A stretch of DNA of 57,168 nucleotides from Candidatus Bathyarchaeota archaeon (GCA_037386545.1 JARRLY010000014.1:1-57168), one strand, 5' to 3'; shown: positions 1 through 9,805, numbered from the stretch's first letter. Program-made: numbers and translations. Notes: generated by a model not told the origin, from the sequence alone.

Positions 1-205
1 TCTCTTTCGCTTTTTTTGCAAAAGCTTCCGGAGCGGCTCCGCGTCCAATATCCACAGTTTTAAACTGTGCCCGCTTCAGAGCTTTTCTGACCATCTCTTT
101 CGCAGTAGTCATCAAATCGGGGTCAAGAGTGCCAATCACAACAGTTCCAATGGGATTGTCGGGTTCAGGCGGCTCCTTGTCCATCATACCTTTTAACCAA
201 GCCAC
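1..205 (-). CDS. B12/corrinoid-binding domain protein, atypical motif (partial, runs off window edge)
   Basis: Manual translation from GTG 205 (GGTGA RBS): MAWLKGMMDKEPPEPDNPIGTVVIGTLDPDLMTTAKEMVRKALKRAQFKTVDIGRGAAPEAFAKKAKE; fits the corrinoid-protein pattern GTVVIGTVxGDxHxxGKxxVxxxLxxxGFxxxDLGxxVPxxxF. Confidence 0.7.
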   Translation of the reverse strand, partial: MAWLKGMMDKEPPEPDNPIGTVVIGTLDPDLMTTAKEMVRKALKRAQFKTVDIGRGAAPEAFAKKAKE

Positions 206-463
206 AAAAATCACCACCATATATTATGCCAATATTTGTATTTAAACATGGTATAATCACAAAAAGGTTATAAATGTTGTTTTAACTTCGAAACATCATC
301 AAAAATAACAAATCAAAACAAAACTGCTAAGGATTTTAATTAGTTTTCCACATTAACTCATGATACTCACGAATCAACGAAACCAACTCCACATTATAAA
401 TCTTCAATAATTTTTCAGGTTATGATTAAATATCGCCAAATTGATGTTTGAAAGGAAACCCAA

Positions 464-1054
464 ATGATGAGATTTCAGTTGAAGCTATCGCCGACAACTT
501 TTCTTGTTGCAGTTAACATTGTTGTTTACATCTTCACGTCAGTTATTGGTGGCAACTTTTTAGAAACAAATATCTATGTTCTGCGAGAGTTTGGACAATA
601 CAACCTCTATGTTCTTAACGGCGAATACTGGCAGTTGTTAACTTCTATTTTTGTCCATGTAGACATAATGCATATCGCACTTAACATGTTGTTCTTGTTT
701 ATTTTTGGGTTAAGGGCAGAAGATTTTTTCAAAACCGAGGAATACTTTACAGTTTACTTACTCTCCGGACTAACAGGCAGCCTATTAACCCTGTTTTTCA
801 TGTCAGCAAACACACTCTCGGCAGGAGCATCAGGTGCAGTGTTTGGGATGTATGGAGCAAGTTTAATTTACATGCGAAAAAGGTTTGGTCAATCCATAGC
901 AGGAGCCCTGTTGTATTCTTTACTGTTTTTAATGCTGACAACGGGCTCAGGCGTTAACGTGATTGCCCACTTTGGGGGGCTCGTAACAGGACTAGCAATC
1001 GGTTATATCTTGGCTCAATCTCGCCAAGAAATTTACTGGTTAGAAAACTACTAA
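464..1054 (+). CDS. Rhomboid intramembrane serine protease
   Basis: WQLLTSIFVH, HIALNM, catalytic GASG and AHFGG motifs; about 6 TM segments. Confidence 0.93.
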   Translation: MMRFQLKLSPTTFLVAVNIVVYIFTSVIGGNFLETNIYVLREFGQYNLYVLNGEYWQLLTSIFVHVDIMHIALNMLFLFIFGLRAEDFFKTEEYFTVYLLSGLTGSLLTLFFMSANTLSAGASGAVFGMYGASLIYMRKRFGQSIAGALLYSLLFLMLTTGSGVNVIAHFGGLVTGLAIGYILAQSRQEIYWLENY

Positions 1055-1076
1055 CAAAAAACATAAAGAAATCAGT

Positions 1077-1874
1077 TTAGTTCATAGCATACAAACAGAA
1101 CATGTCACCAACAGTTGCACCAAAAAGTTTGGCAGCACTACCTCGATTTACTGCAAGTTCGACAAATCCACTACTTCCAACTAAAACCAAAGAATCCCCT
1201 AAGTAAACTTCGCCATAGGCTAAACAAAAAGGCAAATCCAAAGAGTGGCCACCAACATCTGCATGTATAGTGGTCCCTGTAAGTATTTTTGCTTCTTCCA
1301 GATGTTGGACAGAAATGTTGCTGATTAAGTTACCAAAATTGTCAATATGTAAAACTTCTCCAACAATTTTAGAATTCGTTGTTTGGGGTTTAGCAAAGTT
1401 CGGCAGTATATAGTCGTGGATTTCAGGTCCAAACTCACAAGCTTTAACACCCTTTGTCAGGTGGGCAGCAGTAGGAGCAAAAATGTCACGCCCATGGAAA
1501 GTATTTGAGACTTTAGAGAGCAGGTAATCAGGGTTTTTGATGCTATAAACATGGGTTATTTTTTCTTTTTGTGCGGCTAACATCAAAACGCCGTTGTCTG
1601 GTCCAACGTAAAAGTTAAGTTTTGTTTCTACAATTATTGGACGTCGTTTTGTTCCAACTCCAGGGTCTACGACTACGACGTGAATTGTTTTTGAAGGAAA
1701 ATATGGAGCAGCGCAAGCTAAACAATAAGCCCCCATGGGTATACTAAATTTTGTTACTTGATGAGATATATCTACAAGACAAATATTGGGGTTAATGGAC
1801 AAGATTGCGGCTTTCATTTGTGCGACGTAAGGGTCTTTTAGACCAAAATCGGTAAGTAAAGATATTATGGACAC
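1077..1874 (-). CDS. SAM hydroxide adenosyltransferase (DUF62 family)
   Basis: LTDFG, VVDPGVGT, GPDNG, TFHGRDIF, IDNFGN motifs. Confidence 0.93.
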   Translation of the reverse strand: MSIISLLTDFGLKDPYVAQMKAAILSINPNICLVDISHQVTKFSIPMGAYCLACAAPYFPSKTIHVVVVDPGVGTKRRPIIVETKLNFYVGPDNGVLMLAAQKEKITHVYSIKNPDYLLSKVSNTFHGRDIFAPTAAHLTKGVKACEFGPEIHDYILPNFAKPQTTNSKIVGEVLHIDNFGNLISNISVQHLEEAKILTGTTIHADVGGHSLDLPFCLAYGEVYLGDSLVLVGSSGFVELAVNRGSAAKLFGATVGDMFCLYAMN

Positions 1875-1938
1875 GCTTTGTCTCTCAAAATGAGTTGATT
1901 AATTGCCATATTTAATAACTGTTCCTTGACTAGGTTGT

Positions 1939-2718
1939 GTGGGAAAAACGGTGCAAACAAAACAAACAGTGCCCCTCGAAAAGCTTGCAGAAACAAAACA
2001 AGGAAAAGTTCTGTGTTATCCAAGATGCGAACAACCAGAACTGGAAAAGCGCGTAAAAGAACTAAAAACCCTCGGAATAACAGCCTTAGAGTTCACTGGA
2101 AATAGAAGTGTGTTTGACGTTCCAGTTCTAGGAAAAGGCTGCGTGGGCATTGTTGTAATAGCACACACTAATTCCCAAAGAGCTGCGTTGAAGATCAGAA
2201 GAATTGACGCAGATAGAAAAGAAATGTCCCATGAAGGAGAAATGCTGCAAAAAGCAAACAGTATCAATATTGGACCAAAACTCCTTGGAATTAGTGACAA
2301 CTTTTTGTTAATACAACTAATTGAAGGCCCCCATTTTCCGGATTGGATACAAACCATAAACGAAAAAGAGGCGAAAACACGCATTCGGGAAGTTATAAAA
2401 AAGGTGCTAAAGCAATGCTACCGTCTTGACCAACTGGGGTTGGACCACGGTGAATTAAGTAACGCTTCAAAGCACATAATTGTTGATGGTAACGATAATC
2501 CGTATTTGATTGATTTTGAAACTTCCAGCATCAAACGTAAAGTTTCTAATGTTACTTGTGTTTGCCAGTATCTTTTGTTAGGAAGCCAAACTGCAGACAA
2601 AATTAAAGATAAAATTGGGAAGCTAAACAAAAAAGAAATCATAAACAAATTGCGTATTTACAAACAAAATAAAACAAGAGAAAATTTTGAAAACATTATA
2701 GAACAAATTGAACCGTAA
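1939..2718 (+). CDS. Archaeal Ser/Thr protein kinase-like protein (RIO/COG2112-like)
   Basis: LGKGCVG glycine loop, ALK, HGELS and IDFE motifs. Confidence 0.85.
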   Translation: MGKTVQTKQTVPLEKLAETKQGKVLCYPRCEQPELEKRVKELKTLGITALEFTGNRSVFDVPVLGKGCVGIVVIAHTNSQRAALKIRRIDADRKEMSHEGEMLQKANSINIGPKLLGISDNFLLIQLIEGPHFPDWIQTINEKEAKTRIREVIKKVLKQCYRLDQLGLDHGELSNASKHIIVDGNDNPYLIDFETSSIKRKVSNVTCVCQYLLLGSQTADKIKDKIGKLNKKEIINKLRIYKQNKTRENFENIIEQIEP

Positions 2719-2721
2719 AAG

Positions 2722-3354
2722 TTATTGTTTGCCGAAAACTAGTCGGTCAGTAACTACAGAAACGGCGTAGAAAATGTCGTCGGGGTCTAGGTCGTCAGTA
2801 GACAAAACCAAGTTGAAGGGCGTGAGGTCGTGACCAAGGTCAAAGCCGTATAGATTTTTGTAGATTTGTCTGGTTTTGGCGTCTTTTTCTGTCAGGGCTT
2901 TTAGGGCTTCTTCAGGGCTCATTCCGTCTCGTTTTACTACTCGAGTAGCTCTAACCGCAGGTGAAGCTTCTAACCAAATTTTGAAGCCTTTGTCTTTCAA
3001 AAGCCAAGGCACGGTCCAACTGTCCAAAACTACATTGCCCTCTTCGGCTAATTCTAGTAGTTTTTCATCAATTTTTTTGTCAAAGGTTGGATCATCCTTT
3101 CGTTTTTGCAAAAAGTCCAAACCTTCTGCGGATTCCCACCAGCCATTTACGTCTGAATGGTAACCTTCTTCTTTGGCTAGGATACGCATTGCGTTTCCTC
3201 CAGAAAAATAGTTTAGTCCATATTTTTCGGACAATTTTCTTGCTACTGTACTTTTTCCCGAGCCAGTCATTCCACTGACACAAATTATTATTTTATGATT
3301 TCTATCGTTACAACTATTTTCCACGTTTACTGAACCCCAACTGTTACTGTTCAA
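2722..3354 (-). CDS. cmk: Cytidylate kinase (true start probably GTG 3324)
   Basis: SGMTGSGKS P-loop; usual position after secY/DUF106. Confidence 0.9.
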   Translation of the reverse strand: MNSNSWGSVNVENSCNDRNHKIIICVSGMTGSGKSTVARKLSEKYGLNYFSGGNAMRILAKEEGYHSDVNGWWESAEGLDFLQKRKDDPTFDKKIDEKLLELAEEGNVVLDSWTVPWLLKDKGFKIWLEASPAVRATRVVKRDGMSPEEALKALTEKDAKTRQIYKNLYGFDLGHDLTPFNLVLSTDDLDPDDIFYAVSVVTDRLVFGKQ

Positions 3355-3389
3355 AATGTCTTGTCCAAAACAAGCATAGAAACCGACAT

Positions 3390-3911
3390 TTAGTCAACTG
3401 CCCCCGTTAATCCAAAGATACGTTGGAAGAATGAACCAAATGTGAACGAGCAAATAAGATACCAGTAAAATAAGCTAAGGGGCATGACTCCACCAAACCA
3501 TGGCAGATAGGCTACGGGGTCAGGTCCGATGAAGGGGCTGTTAAATAGTTTCATGCCAAGTATGCTACCAGTTAGTAAGAGCCAAACTACAAAGAATACT
3601 CCCATGGTAATGGGCATTACTCGAAACTGTTTAGAAGTTAACGAAAGCTGCTGAGACTGAAGCTGAAGAAGAAGTTTTTCTTGTTTTTGAGCTTTCTTGA
3701 TCAGTTTTTTGTCACCACTGGCTTTTCCTTCTTTCATGTTGGCATTTTTTTCTTTAGTTAACTCAGAGATTTGTTTCTGCAATTTTCTAAGCTTTTGACG
3801 ATGTTCTTTAGGCATAAAACGCGTGTTAATAAAAGAAGAGGAAAATGACATCAATATAGAAACACATAGAACAATAATCGTAACAATTGGAACCTGAGCT
3901 AAAGAACTCAT
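3390..3911 (-). CDS. DUF106 / EMC3-TMCO1 (Oxa1 superfamily) membrane insertase
   Basis: TM, coiled coil, TM, then WYLICS motif; GGAGG RBS before ATG 3911; follows secY. Confidence 0.85.
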   Translation of the reverse strand: MSSLAQVPIVTIIVLCVSILMSFSSSFINTRFMPKEHRQKLRKLQKQISELTKEKNANMKEGKASGDKKLIKKAQKQEKLLLQLQSQQLSLTSKQFRVMPITMGVFFVVWLLLTGSILGMKLFNSPFIGPDPVAYLPWFGGVMPLSLFYWYLICSFTFGSFFQRIFGLTGAVD

Positions 3912-4006
3912 TAGTTTTTCCTCCAGCAAACTGTGCCTTTGGCAATATGAAAGTGTTTGCCAATATCAGGCAGAGCTGTTACATTAAATGTTCTAATCAA
4001 TGTTTT

Positions 4007-5434
4007 TCATCCCAAGACTTTACCCAATGCAGGATACATTTCTGCGACTTGCTCTTGCACCAGCAACTGGTAATACTGATACAATATACCTACAGCAAGC
4101 AAGATACCAGTTCCAGTCCCGAAAACACCAAAGAAACCTGCAACAGCAGCAATAAGTCCAATTATTGCACCACCAAGCACCGTAACTACTGGAATGTATC
4201 GTTTAAGTATCATTTCTATGGATTTTCCTGATCTGCGGAATCCTGGAATTTGCATACCAGAGTCAACAAGCTGTTGTGCAACTGTGCTGGGCCCCAAGCC
4301 ACCAACTTCAAGCCAAGTCAAAGAAAAAATTACTGCAAATGAAATCATTATCAACGCATAAATTGCGGCTCTCAGAGGGTCAGCAAGTAGACCGGCTATA
4401 CCGTTAGGGGCAGTAACGTAGTAAGCAAGACCACCAGTTAACTGGGGTGTACCCTCAGTTACAGTATAAGTTCCAATTAGCTGAGCAAACCAGTTACCTG
4501 AACCCCAAGGTTGGGTGTATAATAGTTGAGCAACCACAGCAACGTTTGCAAAAAGTGCTGAAGCAAAGATTACAGGCAAGTTTGAAACGTAAAGAAGCTT
4601 GATTGGGTATTTACCCCGGAAGCCACGATAGTTTGCATGTGAAATTGGAAGTTCAACACGAACACCTTCCATGTAAATTACCAAGATGAAAATAACAGCA
4701 GTTGCAATGAACCCAATCATACTTGGATAAGTAGTAAGGACTCCATTAGAATCATATCTCAAGAAGGCGTCAACTATTGGATGTCCTCCAGCAATTATCT
4801 CACCAAGAGCGATAAAGGCACCATAGTTGTGACCATCAGCCAATATTGCAGAAATTCCAAAACTGTCCCACATGATTCTTTGGGCAACTCCAGCCAATAT
4901 GAAAAGGCTAATTCCGCTTCCAAGTCCCCAACCTTTCTGCATCATTTCATCCAAAAGCATCAAGATAATACCTGCAAAGATTAGCTGAGCGAATATTATT
5001 ATTGTAGTACCAGTGTCCAGAGTGCCAAAAACTCCTCCTACGAGGTAGGCAGAAGCCTGAACAACAGTAAGTAAAATAGCAAAAAACTTTGTAGCTGCAG
5101 TGAATAATGCACGGTCTTCGGGGTGTCCTAAATCAGCATTAATTATACTTGAACCAATGAGCAGTTGCAAAATAAGTCCACCAGTTACAATTGGCCCAAT
5201 ACCAAGGGTAGTAAGGGTTCCTTGGTTTGAAGCAAAAATTACTTGATATGCAGCAAAAGTTTGTCCACCACTGTCAACATTAAAGAGGTTTACTTGGCTC
5301 ATGACAAGATAAATTATGAGCGCCATTGCTGTCCAGAATAGTTTCTCGTTGAAGCTTACTTTTCGCGTTGGTGAACCAACTTCCGGCATAAACCGTGAGA
5401 GTGGGCCAAACAATGAAAGGAATTTGCCTGCCAT
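4007..5434 (-). CDS. secY: Protein translocase subunit SecY (Sec61alpha)
   Basis: LGIGPIVT, GSGISLFI, YPIKLLYVSNLP motifs; about 10 TMs. Confidence 0.98.
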   Translation of the reverse strand: MAGKFLSLFGPLSRFMPEVGSPTRKVSFNEKLFWTAMALIIYLVMSQVNLFNVDSGGQTFAAYQVIFASNQGTLTTLGIGPIVTGGLILQLLIGSSIINADLGHPEDRALFTAATKFFAILLTVVQASAYLVGGVFGTLDTGTTIIIFAQLIFAGIILMLLDEMMQKGWGLGSGISLFILAGVAQRIMWDSFGISAILADGHNYGAFIALGEIIAGGHPIVDAFLRYDSNGVLTTYPSMIGFIATAVIFILVIYMEGVRVELPISHANYRGFRGKYPIKLLYVSNLPVIFASALFANVAVVAQLLYTQPWGSGNWFAQLIGTYTVTEGTPQLTGGLAYYVTAPNGIAGLLADPLRAAIYALIMISFAVIFSLTWLEVGGLGPSTVAQQLVDSGMQIPGFRRSGKSIEMILKRYIPVVTVLGGAIIGLIAAVAGFFGVFGTGTGILLAVGILYQYYQLLVQEQVAEMYPALGKVLG

Positions 5435-5565
5435 GATACTTCCTCAATTTTCAATCTAACAGTGTTTAAACTGATTTGTTAAGTTGCGTATGTTGAACAC
5501 AAATATAAACACTTTGACATAGTAAGGTAACCTAAATGGTTACCAAAAAAACAAAAAAGGCCTTT

Positions 5566-6015
5566 TTATTCAGCTGCGGCTTCTTGCAGGATTGCTCCAC
5601 CAGCTTCTTCCAGTTTTTTAGAAGCAGACTCAGAATAAGTTGAAATCCTAACCAGAACAGGCTTAGTTATTTTACCAGTTCCTAAAAGTTTGTCAAAGCC
5701 AAGACTTTCTAGGTCTAAAACAACCTTTTTGTCTTTGCGCTCAAGTTTTTCAACTGCATCTAGGCGGTCAACTAGATCATCAAGTTTTCCAACATTGATG
5801 ATTTTAACTTTAGAGTTAAGAGTTTTAGTCGACACAAAACCATGCTTAAGCCAGTAGGTGGGATCGTGCTTTACGACATAAGTCCATTTGTGCTTGTCAA
5901 GACCAGCTTTTCCAGTTCCACCTCGTCCACCTCTTGATCGGTGTTGGCCAATCTGACCGTATCCATGTGTTCGAGAACCTCGATATTTTCTTACTTTTCT
6001 TTTTTTAGTTGGCAA
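5566..6015 (-). CDS. rpl15: 50S ribosomal protein uL15
   Basis: RGSRTHGYG, KLLGTG motifs; TTG start with GAGGT RBS. Confidence 0.97.
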   Translation of the reverse strand: MPTKKRKVRKYRGSRTHGYGQIGQHRSRGGRGGTGKAGLDKHKWTYVVKHDPTYWLKHGFVSTKTLNSKVKIINVGKLDDLVDRLDAVEKLERKDKKVVLDLESLGFDKLLGTGKITKPVLVRISTYSESASKKLEEAGGAILQEAAAE

Positions 6016-6025
6016 ACGTCAAACC

Positions 6026-6556
6026 TCACTTTTTAATTGAAATTTTAGTATCTATTTTCTTTGATTTTTCCATTTTAACTTCCAACACGCCATTCTTATA
6101 AGACGCTCGTGCGGATTTGGGGTTAACTTTGGTTGGAAGTTTTAGTTCATCATACCATTCAAAGTCTTCCGCTTCAATGGAAAGAGTTAAACAAGTATCA
6201 GTTACCCGGAGATCAATATCATCCTTACAGAGTCCTGGAAGTTGAGCTAAAACCAAAAGATTGTTTTTTTCTTCAAGAAAATCAATCAAAGGCTCAAGGT
6301 CATCTTCGTCAAAGTCCAAATCATCAGGCAAAAATTGATTTCGGTTGATTTCTCGAATTTTGGGCCGTCCATCGGGTCCAACTCTTACTGAAAATCCACG
6401 GAAACTGTTTTTTCCAGATGATTTATCGTGAGAGGAATTTTCAAAGGCTTTTTGTATTGTTTCGTCGATGAGGTTGCCTAGTTTTTCTAATTCATCATAT
6501 ATGTCATTTAGCCAAGGTGACTTCTTTTTTCGGCGTTTCCACCATGGGTCGCTCAT
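6026..6556 (-). CDS. hsp20: Archaeal small heat-shock protein Hsp20
   Basis: GFSVRVGPDGRP, EPLID, LPG, ASYKNGVLEV alpha-crystallin domain, C-terminal IxI (ISI). Confidence 0.93.
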   Translation of the reverse strand: MSDPWWKRRKKKSPWLNDIYDELEKLGNLIDETIQKAFENSSHDKSSGKNSFRGFSVRVGPDGRPKIREINRNQFLPDDLDFDEDDLEPLIDFLEEKNNLLVLAQLPGLCKDDIDLRVTDTCLTLSIEAEDFEWYDELKLPTKVNPKSARASYKNGVLEVKMEKSKKIDTKISIKK

Positions 6557-6622
6557 TGCAATTCCTCTGTAACTGTGAAATGTGCTGACACGGTAACTAT
6601 AAAGATTATCGCTAAAGGGCGA

Positions 6623-7102
6623 CTAAATCATGCGTTTAAGCAAATCGTTAATTGCTTCTCCGCGATATCCAGCTTCGCCGCCAGCAGCGTAACTCTTTTT
6701 GATTTTTCCCTTGAATCCTTTACTTGGTGGACTAAGACGAAAAACAGGTTTAACTTCAGGCAAACTACAAAAATCAACTTCAACGTTTACAATGGCTTCA
6801 GCTAAAGCATCCAAAGAATCATAACCTAATTCTTTAGCATATTCATCAGTTAGTTTTTTGTCTCCTGGAAGTCTGCCCCGCTTCTTTAATAGCATAGCTA
6901 CTGTTTCTTTAGTAGCGTTGCCCCAAGTTATACAGTTTTTACTCTTTTGTAACATACCGTTGTAATCAGGGCGATCATCAACCAATGTTGCATGACAGTT
7001 TCGAGTTAACCGCAACATCATCAGGGTGTCTTTGGTTTCTTGCGGAATATCGCTTAAACCACGTATTCGAACAGCAACCAAACATTTTCTTTGTTCTGGC
7101 AT
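6623..7102 (-). CDS. rpl30: 50S ribosomal protein uL30
   Basis: VRIRG, FRLSPPSKGF, GYRGEAINDLL; operon position. Confidence 0.96.
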   Translation of the reverse strand: MPEQRKCLVAVRIRGLSDIPQETKDTLMMLRLTRNCHATLVDDRPDYNGMLQKSKNCITWGNATKETVAMLLKKRGRLPGDKKLTDEYAKELGYDSLDALAEAIVNVEVDFCSLPEVKPVFRLSPPSKGFKGKIKKSYAAGGEAGYRGEAINDLLKRMI

Positions 7103-7103
7103 C

Positions 7104-7739
7104 TTAACGCACCCAATCTCCTGGAGTAACCAACAAGTAGGTTTTCTTCAAAGCATCAAAGACAGCGAAAGAAAAAGATGGAACAGTTCGAGTTGAACCG
7201 TAGCTTTTTGTCCAACAGTCCTTTACGCCAGCTAAACCTAAGATAATCTTGGCAGTTTCACTTGCAACGATGCCCAGACCACGTGGTCCAGGAACCAACA
7301 CAATTTCTACTCCTCCACATTCGCCTGAAACCTGGAAGGGCAAAGAATGATGTTTCCCACATCCACATTCCCAAGATCCACATCCTCGACGAACAGGAGT
7401 AATTTTAAGGCGTGCATTAACTGCAGCTTTTTCAATAGCTGAGCGTACTTGGCTTGCTTTTCCAGCAGCTAATCCGATATATCCGTCACGGTTTCCGACT
7501 ACTACGATTGCTCTGAATTGTGATTTTTCTCCAGCGTCAGTTTGTTTTTGTACTAATCCGATGTCTAGAACTTCTTCCTGAAGGTTTGGAAGCAAAGTGT
7601 TCACTATTTCGGGTTCACGTATCTTGAGACCTTCCATGAACAATTCTTCCATAGAAGAAATTTGTCCGTCAAGAACCATTTTTCCCAATTTAGTCCGTGG
7701 CACCCAAGTTTCATACTTTTCGTCTCTGTTGGACCTCAT
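7104..7739 (-). CDS. rps5: 30S ribosomal protein uS5
   Basis: WVPRTKLG, VRRGCGSWEC, PGPRGLG. Confidence 0.97.
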   Translation of the reverse strand: MRSNRDEKYETWVPRTKLGKMVLDGQISSMEELFMEGLKIREPEIVNTLLPNLQEEVLDIGLVQKQTDAGEKSQFRAIVVVGNRDGYIGLAAGKASQVRSAIEKAAVNARLKITPVRRGCGSWECGCGKHHSLPFQVSGECGGVEIVLVPGPRGLGIVASETAKIILGLAGVKDCWTKSYGSTRTVPSFSFAVFDALKKTYLLVTPGDWVR

Positions 7740-7754
7740 GTTTATCCCTCTCTA

Positions 7755-8357
7755 TTATTTCTCCTTTTTTTCAAACGATGATGTAATTTTGTCTTTAATT
7801 TTTGCAAAGTGTTCAGGTAGTTCCTCAGGTTTGAGTTTTTTTGCCAGATAATTTGAGAACTTTTGTTGATATACGTCAGGTTCTTCCGACAACTGACCCG
7901 CATATTCTGCAATATGTTCACCAGCTAATCTAGATTCGTCAGGGAGAACTTCTTCACTGTGAGGAACTTCAACACCTGCATCAACTAATCCTTTTAGGGC
8001 AGCAAAGATTCTTGAACGTTTAACGGGGAGATGTAGACCAATATCTAAGAAAGCAGTTTCCACACCGTTGGCTAATGCTTTGTAGCCACATAGTAAACCA
8101 GTTAGATATGCTGATGGAAGATTTCCTCCATTGCATTTCCAGCCATAACTTTTGGCTAACTCATGAGAGTGAGCAGAAACCAAAACTTTGTCTCCGATTG
8201 ATTTTGCTTCAATAACCTGAACAATCACATTTTTCAGGCTGAGACGAACAACAGCGCGAGGCACACGTGAAAGAACAAATGCTCTACGTGTTCGATAGTT
8301 TGTTTTTCCTTCCCGTCTTCGGCGGAAGACCACTCGATATCTTGGACCAGTTGCCAT
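7755..8357 (-). CDS. rpl18: 50S ribosomal protein uL18
   Basis: RRRREGKTNY, NLPSAYLTG. Confidence 0.97.
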   Translation of the reverse strand: MATGPRYRVVFRRRREGKTNYRTRRAFVLSRVPRAVVRLSLKNVIVQVIEAKSIGDKVLVSAHSHELAKSYGWKCNGGNLPSAYLTGLLCGYKALANGVETAFLDIGLHLPVKRSRIFAALKGLVDAGVEVPHSEEVLPDESRLAGEHIAEYAGQLSEEPDVYQQKFSNYLAKKLKPEELPEHFAKIKDKITSSFEKKEK

Positions 8358-8810
8358 TTAACGTCTCCTCCACAAATCTTTTGTATTGATGTAGCGTTCT
8401 AAATCTGCTTTAGATTCAAAAACACCACTTTCTGACATGTCATATAGTTTTCGGTAAGTGCTTTCTGCAATTGCACGGGTTTCCTTTAAGTCACGCAAAC
8501 GACGACGTATAGGTCGAATTCTGTTCATCCAAATTTGTTTTTTAGAAATCTTTGAACGAGCCGGACCACTTTTTCCTCCAGGTCCTCGTCTCAAACCTTT
8601 CTTTCGTTTTTGTGCTAACAATTTAGCACGAGAACGAGAAACACCTTTAGCTGGAAGACGTCTAACTACTTTTTCGTGAATTAGCTTGCGGATTTCTTCG
8701 CGAGTAATAGCTGCTTCAACATAATCAATGCGTTCAGGGTCAATCCAAACTCGAGTTTCTCCAACTTTCATTATTTCTGCAGCTAACCGACGTTGACTTT
8801 TAAGACTCAT
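8358..8810 (-). CDS. rpl19e: 50S ribosomal protein eL19
   Basis: QRRLAAEI, RVWIDP, WMNRIR. Confidence 0.97.
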   Translation of the reverse strand: MSLKSQRRLAAEIMKVGETRVWIDPERIDYVEAAITREEIRKLIHEKVVRRLPAKGVSRSRAKLLAQKRKKGLRRGPGGKSGPARSKISKKQIWMNRIRPIRRRLRDLKETRAIAESTYRKLYDMSESGVFESKADLERYINTKDLWRRR

Positions 8811-9248
8811 TTAATCTTCTCCATTTTCTGTTTCTTCAAAATCTGCCCGAGCTTTGCGTGAGTTCAAAACGTGAATTCCCTGTTCGTCAGCAGCGGCAAT
8901 AATTTCAAATCGTTTTTTTGCACCTACTGTGTGAGCTACTCGAACAACCTGAATTTCAGGATCAACTCCAGCTAGGTCTTCCACATTGAAAACACGTGTT
9001 TCCACGTACCCAGAGGGGTGCAAGCCTCGTGTAGCTTTTGGACTTTGGTAACCTACAGTTGGGGATGCGGGCCAGCCTTTGACTTTTTTGCGCATTTTGC
9101 TATCGATGCCATGAGGTCTTCTCCATCTATCAGTGACACGTTTGAGTCTCCAACTTTCTTGTCTTCTAAATTTAGGCTTTTTGTTTTTCACATAAGCATT
9201 TTTAGAAGATTTTTTTACTGTGTTATCTTTTCGTTCTTCAGTTGTCAA
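8811..9248 (-). CDS. rpl32e: 50S ribosomal protein eL32
   Basis: KPKFRRQES, WRRPHGIDSKMR, RGLHPSG. Confidence 0.97.
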   Translation of the reverse strand: MTTEERKDNTVKKSSKNAYVKNKKPKFRRQESWRLKRVTDRWRRPHGIDSKMRKKVKGWPASPTVGYQSPKATRGLHPSGYVETRVFNVEDLAGVDPEIQVVRVAHTVGAKKRFEIIAAADEQGIHVLNSRKARADFEETENGED

Positions 9249-9793
9249 TCTACGAATCCCTCATGTTCTTCAAAAACATATATACCGTCCAAGAAAACTC
9301 GTGGGTCTTTCGACTTAATTTTTGTACCATTCTGGATGTTTGCAGCGGTTTGGCTAACATCTTCAAGGCTTATTCCTTGAACGATAATATCGTCACCTTT
9401 TATTTTGACGTTACAGTTTCCCATTATCTTGACTTTACGGGCACTACGTTCACCAGTAAAGTTTGCAATAGCCAAAGATTTTCCTTCAATTTTAACGGTT
9501 ATAGGAAAGTGAGAATAAACGATTTTCAACTTATATGTGAATCCTGTTGTGACTCCCTTTATCATGTTCTTGATATGAGAACTAACAGTTCCAACAAGGG
9601 CTGCTTCTCGTTTGCGTGGCCAACTTGCTTTAACGGTAAATGTTTTTTCATCTAACTGAATTTTAACAGGTGCATGAGAAAAGTCTCGCACTAGTTCTCC
9701 TTTTTCACCTTTGATGGTAACGGTTCTGCCGTCTAACATGCCCACTACATTTTCGGGGACTTCAACTGTTGATACGGTTTCTATTGCACGCAT
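9245..9793 (-). CDS. rpl6: 50S ribosomal protein uL6
   Basis: YSHFPI, NFTGE, DPRVFLDGIY. Confidence 0.97.
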   Translation of the reverse strand: MRAIETVSTVEVPENVVGMLDGRTVTIKGEKGELVRDFSHAPVKIQLDEKTFTVKASWPRKREAALVGTVSSHIKNMIKGVTTGFTYKLKIVYSHFPITVKIEGKSLAIANFTGERSARKVKIMGNCNVKIKGDDIIVQGISLEDVSQTAANIQNGTKIKSKDPRVFLDGIYVFEEHEGFVD

Positions 9794-9805
9794 TTTCTGT
9801 TTCTC

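Noticed and set aside
1884-1894. ctcaaaatgag shared with 48437-48447 as an Lrp regulon site
   Set aside because: Only 11 bp and overlaps a likely RBS; chance cannot be excluded
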